DNA of 49,242 nt, taken from a virus (lineage: Duplodnaviria > Heunggongvirae > Uroviricota > Caudoviricetes). The position numbers and the translations under genes are program-made. Location of the stretch: the IMG/VR virus record IMGVR_UViG_2690316195_000003. The stretch is one strand, 5' to 3'. This document shows, one piece after another, positions 1 to 8,998 of the stretch; position 1 is the stretch's first letter; every line of letters starts with the position of its first letter. The notes below the pieces were generated by a model that worked only from the letters and a program-made list of their open reading frames with translations, did not search any database and was not told the DNA's origin.

Positions 1-21
1 CTACGGTAACCCACTCTTTTG

Positions 22-67
22 TTGCCCCATTTTTGCCCCTTTTGCAGCGTTTTGCCCCATTTTTGCC
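22..67. repeat. two direct copies of TTGCCCCATTTTTGCC (22-37 and 52-67), 30 bp apart
   Basis: Exact 16-nt direct repeat read in the sequence; lies downstream of the autotransporter gene end. Confidence 0.6.
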
Positions 68-246
68 ACCGAAAAATGCGAGAATTTCTCAATCTGTAGC
101 CTGCAAATTGCGCCCATGAATTCTTTCCAAGAGAATCAGTTTCGGCTGGAAATCATTCAATACTCACACTAAAACAAAAAGCCCGCTTATGGTGGACTGC
201 AGGCTTTTAGATTCCGTGATTTAAAAACAATAGTTATAGAAACAAA

Positions 247-1533
247 TTACCAGCCTACAGCAATACCCCCTCCGATTACTGCTCCATCAGTATTATTCCA
301 TGAAGACGATGCACGAATATTGGTGTTTTCATTAAGTTTGTATTGAACACCAACAGCTACTGCATTACCGTTTCTATAGTTACCAACCCCAACGCCGGCA
401 CTAAATGTCTGGTTATTCACATACGGGATATTGGTCATTGCTGCTACGGAAGCAATACCTGCATTAGCTTTTTTAGCATTAGCTTCTATCTTATCATTCA
501 GCTGCTTAAATGTTGAATTTATCTTCCCATTAATTTGGTTAAATTTTGTATCAGTATATGCGAATGATTCTTGTTTTGCTGATTGTATGTTTTTATTAAT
601 AACACCGTTATTTTTCGTAACTTCCTGATCAGTGTATGCCATTGATTCGCTTTTGGCATTATTAATATTCTGATTTATCACAGCATTATTTTTGGTAACC
701 TGCTGATCTGTATATGCCAGTGATTCATTCTTGGCATTATTAATATTCTGATTTATTACAGCATTATTTTTGGTAACCTGCTGATCTGTATATGCCAGTG
801 ATTCATTCTTGGCATTATTGATGTTTTGATTAATTACGGTATTATTTTTAGCTATCTCATTCCCAGTATAATCTTTCAGTTGCTTAACGTTAACACCATC
901 AGTATCCTCAGTACCTGCGGCAACATGGGTCAATTGTCGATTAGTATTACCCGTCCCAAAAGATACACTATACTCTCTGTCAGTTGTACTTCCCCCGCCG
1001 ATGGCAACACTATTATTATGTTCAGCCACACTCTGTGAGCCTAGTGAGATGGCATTTTCTGCATTAGATGTAGCCCCTACACCAATAGCTAATGTATCTC
1101 CTGCAGTCGCCTGGGCGGAGGAACCAAATGCAACACTGTTTTCCCCGGTTGCTTTAGACGCAGCACCTACACTTGTAGAATTAGCGACTGCCTCACTACC
1201 CGCACCATTTGCTATAGCTGAATCACCGTTTACTTTACTAAATGAACCAATGGCTACCGAGTTATTTCCAACAACATTTGCATTTGCGCCAATAGCTGAC
1301 GATGAGTTACCTTGAGATGAAGAATATGAACCAATTGCAGTATTATAGGCTCCTTCGGTTTTTGAAACAGCGCCAATTGTTGTAGAAGAAGAACCTGAAG
1401 CATTTGCATATGCACCAATAGCTGTCGCATTACTATCAGTTGCCTGGCTATTATCACCGGCATTATAAGAATTATATGCATAAGAATTTGCTGAAACTGT
1501 AAATATAACAGAGGCTACAAATAGTTTTTTCAT
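247..1533 (-). CDS. YadA-like trimeric autotransporter adhesin (Eib-like prophage moron)
   Basis: Start moved to the internal ATG giving MKKLFVASVIFTVSANSYA (signal peptide); Ser/Ala/Asn/Gly-rich head, repeated stalk units, and a C-terminal anchor ending ...GVGNYRNGNAVAVGVQYKLNENTNIRASSSWNNTDGAVIGGGIAVGW typical of the YadA membrane anchor. Confidence 0.7.
   Translation of the reverse strand: MKKLFVASVIFTVSANSYAYNSYNAGDNSQATDSNATAIGAYANASGSSSTTIGAVSKTEGAYNTAIGSYSSSQGNSSSAIGANANVVGNNSVAIGSFSKVNGDSAIANGAGSEAVANSTSVGAASKATGENSVAFGSSAQATAGDTLAIGVGATSNAENAISLGSQSVAEHNNSVAIGGGSTTDREYSVSFGTGNTNRQLTHVAAGTEDTDGVNVKQLKDYTGNEIAKNNTVINQNINNAKNESLAYTDQQVTKNNAVINQNINNAKNESLAYTDQQVTKNNAVINQNINNAKSESMAYTDQEVTKNNGVINKNIQSAKQESFAYTDTKFNQINGKINSTFKQLNDKIEANAKKANAGIASVAAMTNIPYVNNQTFSAGVGVGNYRNGNAVAVGVQYKLNENTNIRASSSWNNTDGAVIGGGIAVGW
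538..855. repeat. tandem coding repeats of about 78 bp (3 good copies plus 1 degenerate) inside the adhesin stalk
   Basis: Near-identical units ctgatctgtatatgccagtgattcattcttggcattattaatattctgatttattacagcattatttttggtaac; encode repeated AYTDQQVTKNNAVINQNINNAKNESL. Confidence 0.75.
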
Positions 1534-2329
1534 AGAAATGACGTATGTTAAATAGATTGAAAAGATAAGATTCAAATCAATTAAATGACGCTTTAAAAAT
1601 AAGCGGCAGGATTTTATTCATCTGATAAAAATAGCGCAAGAGTTGTCTTATATGGAATATTCAGATAAGTCTTATTGAAAAAAACGGTATAACAAATACA
1701 TAACATTACGGCCATTATACATACATTATAAAAATTACAGAGATATTTAATTAAATCCAAAGCATTTTTTCAATATGGATTTCGAAGAACTTGTTATAGT
1801 ACATTAATCAATCAATTATTGGTATTTCGCTCACTGTTCATATAGTTTTAATACATCAATGCATAAGAACATTTTCTCATTCATAAAAGCGATAAAAACT
1901 GTTGTACCTTATATTGTTAATGTTTGGTAACAAAGACAAATCCAACAAGGCATTGATCATCCCCTATGATACCCATAGAAAGAATTATCTGACATATAAT
2001 AACGATATAAAGTATATTATTGCTAATGAAACTATATGATAGCTTCACATTCAGCAATACCTGCTCAACCTTATCTCTGGAAATGAACATTGCTAACTTT
2101 CCTACTCCTTAATCGTTCTCCCAGAGCGCATCATCCACACCGACAATCCCCTCAGGCATCAGCCAGGTGACATTTTCCGCTAATGGGCTGGTTCAGAGAT
2201 AAATAGTGCGTCCCCGGAAGCCAAGTCAAAGAGCATTTTTCCCCTGTGACCTTCAACGGCTACTTACTGTTTAAAAACAGCTACGATGCCAGCATAGATA
2301 CTCTTGAATACGATGTACTACGTTTTTTC

Positions 2330-3062
2330 TTATTCTGGACTGAACTCCCTAACCTGCTTCAAATCCAGGAGATTGCTCAGTTCCTCTTTCATTTCACGCT
2401 GATGACGATAAATCTCATTATTGCGATCAACCTGCGCCATAGCTGCAGCCAGCTCCTCCAGTTCCGTCATCGACAGTTTCACCTGCTGATTATCAGCATC
2501 ACTCCATGTCATAACGTCCCACTGCCCTGAGTTAGCCCCTGCAGCCATTACCACCGGGTAAAGGCGGGCCAGCGAGTCGGGGCCGCCATTCCAGGTGTGT
2601 CCGTTCCATTCGAATGTGAACGGCTGCGCTTCCTGTTCTGTGCGCCACACCTCGATTTCCCGCTTTCTGGCATCCTTTCCCACGGCGATAAGTTCTGGCG
2701 TGACGGTGAACGCAGGGCTGTCCAGTGGCGCTTTTGTTTTCGTCTCGTCCATGACGGTTTTGACAGCCTTTGGCGTGGCTGCCAGTACTTCGCTGTCGTT
2801 GTCTGTATCACTACAGAGTTGCGCCAGACCTTTTTTGTCGTGGAAGCATTGCTTCCCTTCAGATCATCAACTATCCATTGCGCCTCGTCCCTGTGCTGTT
2901 TCGCGCTCTGCTGCGCCTGCACCACAGTTTCCTGTCACCACGTCGGCAACTGTGCGCATCACACCTCTGAGGTGTTTACCCGGGATTTCAGAGTTATGTG
3001 GCATCCGTACATGGGGATGCCTGCGCCATCAATCAGCGCACCTGATATCACTACAGACATAG
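2330..3062 (-). pseudogene. side tail fiber (lambda Stf / stfR-like) remnant, truncated and frameshifted
   Basis: Minus-strand ATG at 3060 encodes MSVVISGALIDGAGIPMYGCHITLK (Stf-like N-terminus) then a stop after 33 codons; in another frame the conserved tail-fiber motif KGLAQL...LAATPKAVKTVMDETKTKAPLDSPAFT appears, continuing into the 140-aa ORF 2330..2752. Confidence 0.5.
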
Positions 3063-3083
3063 TTTTTCTCGCGATAAATTAAA

Positions 3084-3629
3084 TCAGGAAGAGGCTTCCA
3101 GAGAGACGGGCCATTCAATGGCGTTATATGAGGATTTATCAGTGATGGTGCTGAAATCCATCGCCTGCAGCGATTTCGCGTAAATGCGGTACGCTTTCAG
3201 CTTCTCCCTGTCGTCGTCACTGATTAATCCCAGCAGCAGGTCTTTTTCCCATTCGCTGGTCATGATGCTGACCCGTTGTAACAGGGCATCGCGCTCATCT
3301 TCCGCTTTAAGTTTGTAGTCGAAGACAAATTTATCGTCGCGGTAAAACCAGTAACCAGGCACGGTAATACGGCGGTTAGCGGTAATATCAGGAACTTCAA
3401 TAACACTGGCGTTACGGGGTTCAATGCCTGTCACATCCTTACCGACCCATACCACGCGCCCGTCTCCGGTGTAAACCATTTTTATGGTGTCACTGGCAAA
3501 ATTTTTCAGCTCTTCATACCAGTTTTGGTCATCTTCCGAAAAAAGCCAGGTGATACCATGTTGTTTTGTCATCTGATATTGTTCTGCGGTTTTCGGATTG
3601 CCTGCAGTAATATTTTTTAAATGCAACAT
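3084..3629 (-). CDS. tail fiber assembly protein (P2 gpG / Tfa family)
   Basis: N-terminus MLHLKNITAGNPKTAEQYQMTK...NWYEE...VIEVPDITANRR matches the Tfa signature; immediately downstream of the tail fiber gene. Confidence 0.8.
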   Translation of the reverse strand: MLHLKNITAGNPKTAEQYQMTKQHGITWLFSEDDQNWYEELKNFASDTIKMVYTGDGRVVWVGKDVTGIEPRNASVIEVPDITANRRITVPGYWFYRDDKFVFDYKLKAEDERDALLQRVSIMTSEWEKDLLLGLISDDDREKLKAYRIYAKSLQAMDFSTITDKSSYNAIEWPVSLEASS

Positions 3630-3631
3630 TG

Positions 3632-5185
3632 TTAAACACTCGCCACGTTATACCAGGTGCCGTTAATCAGTTTCTGAAGCGGTCGGTAATACACGCCGTT
3701 GACGTTATCCGCTGAATTTTTACCAGTATCCGATATCGATATCCCTGACAATCCGTGTCCCGCAGGAGCGTGATATGTCCAAGAGATTACATTGCTGCCA
3801 GGTTTGTAATACATTTCGGAACCATAGCGCACATCCTGCACGCCGCCATTTCGCTGCTGATAACGGGCATCGAAATTTCCATAGTTTGATGGGGTCATCT
3901 GTCCGTTTACAGCGAATGTGATACTGCCATCGGTATTTCTCTGGCTGTAAAAATGCCAGCCGGAATCATCACCAAGCTCTGCAACTACAGGTCGGGATGA
4001 ATTACCCCATAAATTAAACGTTGCGTTTTTCGTGGAGTTGTTGGCGCTGGATAACGTGAATTTTTTAGCATTTCCGGCCTGAATATTTTTTAACGCTATC
4101 GCCACACCATTCTGGAAACGAAATACATGCTGTCCATTCGCATAAACATCCAGAATGCCGTCGCCGTTTTGTTTTATACCTGTATCGTTATCCCCGAAAG
4201 CAATTGAGTTTCCGCCCAGCGCGTTCTGAACGCCGATACCCAGTGCACCATTGACCTGAGAACCACCGCCAACAGACACTTTATGCGACATGGATATCTC
4301 TCCTGTCCGCAAATTAATGGTGAGCGGACGCAGGGGACCAATATCTCCATTCTCGCCCTGACCTTCACTAGTAGGGATAAGGTGCAGGCACTCTTCAGAA
4401 CGGCGAAAAATAAGGCCAAAAGCCTCGTTAAAAATCCTCAATGCATTAACACCACGTATTTTCAGCTCCCCGGTCATCAAATCACCAGATTTTTTTACAT
4501 ATCGCAGATCAAAATCTGAATAGATATTGCCGGGGTTTATCACACTGAAATAGCTTTTCTCGCTATCAAGAAGGCAAATCAAAGGAATACCCTTAATGAT
4601 ATCATTCGCTACCAGCTCGGACTTGTTCCCCTTATAAAGTGGGAACGTACCAAGAACCTTTCCGCCTAGTGTTAGTTGAAGTGTCGCCGCGTTGGTATTG
4701 TTCTGAACGGGGAAAACTATAATCGGGGTTCGTAGCGTCCAATCTGTACCTCCATTAACAAAAAACGTCGAGGGAAGTTCCAGCGTCAGTGCGTTTGCAG
4801 TGCCACCAGTAACACCCGCAATATAATGACCGCTCTGAAGCTGCGCTATCTGTACGAAATAGTTTTCCGAACCACGCGTGGCAAAGTTAGCCACAACATC
4901 ATTAAGGGACCAACCTTTCGCGGTTGTTCCTTCCTGCCCACGAATGACTTTCAACACATCACCGCTTACCGATACCAAGTGACAAATCTCAAATGCAGAC
5001 TCTTTATTATCGGTAAGCGTAATTTTTGCATAGACGCGTTGCCCGTTCGATTTATTTTCAAAATCGGCAGAAAGCAATTTTGCAAATTTAGCCCCTGTAC
5101 CGGGCATTACCGGAATATCAGTCTGAATCGTGGTGATATCACCAGCCAGTGCTGAAACAACGTTATTGCCGAACCCAAGAATCAT
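3632..5185 (-). CDS. tail fiber protein with P2 gpH-like C-terminal domain
   Basis: C-terminal ~200 aa (NALGGNSIAFGDNDTGIKQNGDGILDVYANGQHVFRFQNGVAIALKNIQAG...YRPLQKLINGTWYNVASV) closely resembles the P2 H receptor-binding region. Confidence 0.85.
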   Translation of the reverse strand: MILGFGNNVVSALAGDITTIQTDIPVMPGTGAKFAKLLSADFENKSNGQRVYAKITLTDNKESAFEICHLVSVSGDVLKVIRGQEGTTAKGWSLNDVVANFATRGSENYFVQIAQLQSGHYIAGVTGGTANALTLELPSTFFVNGGTDWTLRTPIIVFPVQNNTNAATLQLTLGGKVLGTFPLYKGNKSELVANDIIKGIPLICLLDSEKSYFSVINPGNIYSDFDLRYVKKSGDLMTGELKIRGVNALRIFNEAFGLIFRRSEECLHLIPTSEGQGENGDIGPLRPLTINLRTGEISMSHKVSVGGGSQVNGALGIGVQNALGGNSIAFGDNDTGIKQNGDGILDVYANGQHVFRFQNGVAIALKNIQAGNAKKFTLSSANNSTKNATFNLWGNSSRPVVAELGDDSGWHFYSQRNTDGSITFAVNGQMTPSNYGNFDARYQQRNGGVQDVRYGSEMYYKPGSNVISWTYHAPAGHGLSGISISDTGKNSADNVNGVYYRPLQKLINGTWYNVASV

Positions 5186-5808
5186 TTTTGAATCACCGTT
5201 GTTGCATAAGAATAAATAAAAGGGAGTTTTACATATTTCTGGTCAATGGCATCTTTCAGAAAATAGCCTATACCATCACCATATTCTGGTATATGAATAG
5301 AAAAAACACTGTCCGACACAGTCACGCTCACATCAAAAGTGTGCTGCAACGGCGGGTCTATTCCGTTTTTCCCATGAATGAACCGTGCCACACGGCGCTT
5401 TAACCAGTCAATGCAGAAATGCGAACCGTCAGCCTTATAAAAATTCCAAGTTAATATTCGCTTGAAATAATCATCCGGAACATACGATGCCTGCCCCGGA
5501 ACATAATTCCGCATTGCCGCATAAGGGATTGTATTGTATTCAATGGTATCGTATGCGCCGCGTGCAATAGCCTCCTCGGAAACCTGTAGTAAAGGCCTTT
5601 CAACGCCATAAATCCCGAGAGCAATCCAGTCCAGCAATTGCCCGGTTATTGATTCCGATGTCCAGCATGGCAATGCCAGATTGTTGAGTGAATCGAGGTA
5701 TTCCTGAGCAATTTCATTGTATGCATCAAAGAACGCAACAACATTCGGATCATCTCTGTACTGCACAAACGGATAAGCAGGGAGAATTTTTTCAGTCAGA
5801 TATTGCAT
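5182..5808 (-). CDS. tail/baseplate protein (P2 gpI-position)
   Basis: ORF between the baseplate J-like gene and the tail fiber; start placed at the internal ATG (MQYLTEK) to limit overlap; start uncertain. Confidence 0.45.
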   Translation of the reverse strand: MQYLTEKILPAYPFVQYRDDPNVVAFFDAYNEIAQEYLDSLNNLALPCWTSESITGQLLDWIALGIYGVERPLLQVSEEAIARGAYDTIEYNTIPYAAMRNYVPGQASYVPDDYFKRILTWNFYKADGSHFCIDWLKRRVARFIHGKNGIDPPLQHTFDVSVTVSDSVFSIHIPEYGDGIGYFLKDAIDQKYVKLPFIYSYATTVIQK

Positions 5809-7018
5809 ACTTGTTAACTTGAACCTGTGATGCCACTGTCGAAAAATAGGAATAGGTATCGCCATAAACCAGGCTTGTGTCTTTTGCCGGAAGAACAATA
5901 TGACCATTAATGCCAATGCTCACACTGATTGTTGAGATCAACGTCGCATCAACCAGCAACCTGACAGAACTGGTAAAAATATCCTGGATACGCAGAAGAT
6001 TTATCGGGTGTCCGACTTCAATTGAATTGATGTAATCAGCAACGTTTTGCTGCACAGCCATAGCAATACCCGCCGGATCAACATAATCATCAGACACCGT
6101 GTTCCAGGTGATTAGCACCATGACGTTTTGTGATGACGGGATAACGAACGGCACCTGATAAACGTCCGGCGAAACGGTTATTGAAACCGTGCGTTTTTCC
6201 ACTGCCGCACCGGATGGATTGCTTACATCGTTGGTCAGTTTCGAAATATCCGGTACAGATTTGTAAATCGCATAAGCCACATCATACGGATCACCGCCAC
6301 CAACAACCGCAACCCATTTCCCCAGCGACGACTGCCGGAAAGAAATCAGGTTTTCTCGCACACCGCTTACTGATTTGAGCATCGCTTTATAGCAATCCGG
6401 TGTTCCCTGCACACCAAACATACCGGACTCCATGACTTCGGCGCGGTAAGATGCCCACGTCTGCGCCTCCTGACCTGGCATCCCTGCGGTAAGGTTCGTG
6501 CATTTTACAGGCTGGTCTTTTGGTACTGAGGTAATAACCTGCGTCACAGTCCCTTCCGGTACAGCCCATGAGCCTGACGTTGTGGCCACACAGTAGACTG
6601 GTTCAGTCTGCCCACTTTCCGGCACCACCGTATCGCGGGAAACTGCATACTGGTAGTTGCCATCACCGACAACAAATCCTTTAGGGATACCAAACCCCGG
6701 CAACGCCTCAAATACCACGTATACCGCCGTATTTGTACTTAATCCCTTCTGTGCTCCATAAATGTTTCCGAGTTGCATCAGTAACGGAATATTTGCGCCG
6801 TATGGGCTTACGGAGTTAATAAGGTCCACCCGCGCCTGGTCTATTAATGCCAGCGCCCCGACTGCCGTGCTGGCAAGGTCAGTAATAAGCCCCGCCGGAA
6901 GGTTGGCTGTATATCCAGGTACTTTTTCAGCAACTCTGATGATAAGATTTGCAAGCAAATCATTGGGTGGCGTAGGCTGCGCCCCCGCACTGGTCATAGT
7001 AATTGGTATTTCTGACAT
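5792..7018 (-). CDS. baseplate J-like protein
   Basis: 408-aa protein in the baseplate-wedge position upstream of the tail fiber; GGAG ribosome-binding site before the ATG at 7018. Confidence 0.6.
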   Translation of the reverse strand: MSEIPITMTSAGAQPTPPNDLLANLIIRVAEKVPGYTANLPAGLITDLASTAVGALALIDQARVDLINSVSPYGANIPLLMQLGNIYGAQKGLSTNTAVYVVFEALPGFGIPKGFVVGDGNYQYAVSRDTVVPESGQTEPVYCVATTSGSWAVPEGTVTQVITSVPKDQPVKCTNLTAGMPGQEAQTWASYRAEVMESGMFGVQGTPDCYKAMLKSVSGVRENLISFRQSSLGKWVAVVGGGDPYDVAYAIYKSVPDISKLTNDVSNPSGAAVEKRTVSITVSPDVYQVPFVIPSSQNVMVLITWNTVSDDYVDPAGIAMAVQQNVADYINSIEVGHPINLLRIQDIFTSSVRLLVDATLISTISVSIGINGHIVLPAKDTSLVYGDTYSYFSTVASQVQVNKYAISD

Positions 7019-7030
7019 ATTTACTCCATT

Positions 7031-7056
7031 AAAAAACCCGCTTTCGCGGGTTTTTT
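7031..7056. terminator. bidirectional rho-independent terminator-like hairpin
   Basis: aaaaaacccgc-tttc-gcgggtttttt: GC stem with A-run upstream and T-run downstream; sits between the stop of the nuclease-like moron and the start of the J-like gene. Confidence 0.6.
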
Positions 7057-7058
7057 AC

Positions 7059-8234
7059 TTATTCAACCTCTTCTAAACTGCTCACTCTGGACCCTCGGCG
7101 GAAATTATCATCATTTTTAACATACTCGTATGAATCCAGAATCAAACCAGATATGCGAAGTATATCTTCCGGATTAGTTATATGTATCCTTTTACCATCC
7201 GTATCAAGTCGAGCTCGTCTTATTTCATTCAACTGAACTTCACTAAGCGAAATAGGTAAAGTTATAAATGAAGATTTTTTATCATAAAATCTTAACAGCC
7301 ATCTATTAGTTTTACCATTCAATAGCACACCAAAATATGACTCAGTATCTTTATATTCTATATTATCTTCTGTTTGTATGATTTGTTTTACCCTTTCAAA
7401 TAGCTCCAATTCTTTGGCTGTGGTTATTATGTTGGGGTTTTCTTCATCAACAATGGCGTTATTAACTTGTGTATCCGTTGCATCATTTTCTTTAGTTTGC
7501 TCTACCGGTTGTGTAGATAGCCCGGAAACCACCATTGCGCTAACAGCGCGCTCAACGGCCTGTTTAACTAATGGAGTCACGAACTCAAGAAATCTCTGAT
7601 TAAGTTGTCTCTCAATATTTGAACGACTAGCAACATATCGAACAAACTCCAGATCAACTTCACGAAGACTAGAACTGATTGTTTTAGTAAATGAATTCAA
7701 ATAAACACTTTCTTCAGCCAGTGTCCGTAAAGCCTCTGGTTTGAATTTATCATAACGAAAACGAAATAATTGTGTAATATCGGAGTGAGTTAGAGAATCC
7801 ATTCTTATTTTTAAAAACGGCGTTGAATCCATTATGTTTTTTTGTTTCAAATCCGTAAAAAAACGCCATTCAACACCATTTGTAATGGCTGATATAGTAA
7901 CTTCCGGTGTTGAATTAAAATATCTTGATAGCTGTGGGCAGTGATTATCAATTTGTTCTGAAAACGATTTCGCCTCAATGAACATCACAGGAACATCATG
8001 ACAAAATAAAGCGTAATCAACCCGTTCATTAGCCTTAACCCCGGGGAAGTCAGCACTATACTCAGCTTTGACTTTTCTTGGATCATACGGAGTAAAACCA
8101 AGAATATCTAGTAATGGCATAATGAGTGCTTGTTTTGTCGTTTCTTCAGTTGTACAAAACACCCCCATTTTTGCAACATGCTCTGTGTGTATTTTTAACT
8201 TATTTGCAAAATTTTCCATGCTTGTCTCCTCCAT
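7059..8234 (-). CDS. PD-(D/E)xK nuclease-like protein (type I restriction HsdR N-terminal-like domain) with uncharacterised C-terminal half
   Basis: N-terminal region ...TKQALIMPLLDILGF...ERVDYALF...VMFIEAKSF... fits the D...(D/E)xK catalytic core; visibly AT-rich relative to flanking tail genes; strong ribosome-binding site ggaggagacaag before the ATG; own terminator. Confidence 0.55.
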   Translation of the reverse strand: MEETSMENFANKLKIHTEHVAKMGVFCTTEETTKQALIMPLLDILGFTPYDPRKVKAEYSADFPGVKANERVDYALFCHDVPVMFIEAKSFSEQIDNHCPQLSRYFNSTPEVTISAITNGVEWRFFTDLKQKNIMDSTPFLKIRMDSLTHSDITQLFRFRYDKFKPEALRTLAEESVYLNSFTKTISSSLREVDLEFVRYVASRSNIERQLNQRFLEFVTPLVKQAVERAVSAMVVSGLSTQPVEQTKENDATDTQVNNAIVDEENPNIITTAKELELFERVKQIIQTEDNIEYKDTESYFGVLLNGKTNRWLLRFYDKKSSFITLPISLSEVQLNEIRRARLDTDGKRIHITNPEDILRISGLILDSYEYVKNDDNFRRGSRVSSLEEVE

Positions 8235-8368
8235 GGTAACAATATGTATTTTGCAAATCCGAAATAATATATGTCAATATGCTCCAGCTTAGAAAATTAC
8301 TCGCCCCCCTAAAATATCTCTCTACAGCACTCCAAACCAAGGTAAAAGTTTTATCATAAAACTGTGAT
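8235..8368 (-). promoter_or_regulatory. AT-rich putative promoter region of the nuclease-like moron
   Basis: Minus-strand TTGACA at 8273-8278 followed by AT-rich spacer; no -10 element confidently assigned. Confidence 0.3.
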
Positions 8369-8716
8369 TCATACCGGCACCTGCGTCCGGTAACTGGTCC
8401 CATTAAAAAACACAACATCGATGTTATAGGTGGGGTTATCTGCTCCATCTACCTTTGAAATTGCCAGTGATGCAAAATACCCAGCAAACTGTTGCTGAAC
8501 CATGTTCACATAGTAGTCTGGGTAAATCTGCTGCACGATGCACTGCTGTGCAGGAATACCGTAATTCGCGTAAAACGGCGACTCCCCCAATCCCAGCTTT
8601 AACGTCTGAATGAGCGTCGTCAGCCAGCCGTAGGAGAAATCACCGTTGGCGTCAGATTCTACTGCAACCCATTTTTTGTTGCCGTTCGCGTCGGTGACGC
8701 GGCCCCATGTTCTCAT
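8369..8716 (-). CDS. phage baseplate protein (gpW-position), function inferred from position
   Basis: 115-aa ORF between the spike-like and J-like genes; no motif recognised. Confidence 0.4.
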   Translation of the reverse strand: MRTWGRVTDANGNKKWVAVESDANGDFSYGWLTTLIQTLKLGLGESPFYANYGIPAQQCIVQQIYPDYYVNMVQQQFAGYFASLAISKVDGADNPTYNIDVVFFNGTSYRTQVPV

Positions 8717-8916
8717 CGTGCCCCCATCACTTTAACTAACTCTGTCAGTACTGGTGAAAAGGCAAATGCTAAAGCTACGAGTGCAGCGGTGTAATACATG
8801 CGTCGTAAGGTATTGCTTTTTGCCACTAATTTTAAGGCTTTCACAATCCAGTCTCCTCCGCTAAAATTAATCACGGAAGACCTCCAAACATACGTAATCA
8901 TCCCTTGCGTATTCAA
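8713..8916 (-). CDS. hypothetical small protein
   Basis: 67-aa ORF overlapping the start of the next gene by 4 bp; may not be real. Confidence 0.2.
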   Translation of the reverse strand: MNTQGMITYVWRSSVINFSGGDWIVKALKLVAKSNTLRRMYYTAALVALAFAFSPVLTELVKVMGAR

Positions 8917-8928
8917 GGTGAGAAACAG

Positions 8929-8966
8929 AAAACCCCGACTGGGCCAACAGTCGGGGTTTTCGTTTT
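8929..8966. terminator. bidirectional terminator-like hairpin inside the tail gene cluster
   Basis: aaaaccccgactg-ggccaa-cagtcggggtttt: 11-bp stem flanked by A-run and T-run; just downstream of the spike-like gene stop. Confidence 0.55.
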
Positions 8967-8998
8967 ATGGTCAGAATTTAAAGTGAAATGAACCGGTA

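Noticed and set aside
538-855. Tandem repeats considered as a possible CRISPR array
   Set aside because: The repeats are contiguous 78-bp units with no unique spacers and lie in frame within the adhesin coding sequence
431-1315. Plus-strand ORFs 431..628, 826..1038 and 1001..1315
   Set aside because: Antisense shadow ORFs inside the adhesin gene; low-complexity translations
2595-3082. Plus-strand ORFs of 155 and 161 aa opposite the tail-fiber remnant
   Set aside because: Cys/Ser-rich nonsense translations antisense to the recognisable tail-fiber motif
2330-5185. Invertible tail-fiber segment with a DNA invertase
   Set aside because: The second fiber fragment is in the same orientation as the main fiber gene and no Hin/Gin/Pin-like recombinase ORF is present nearby
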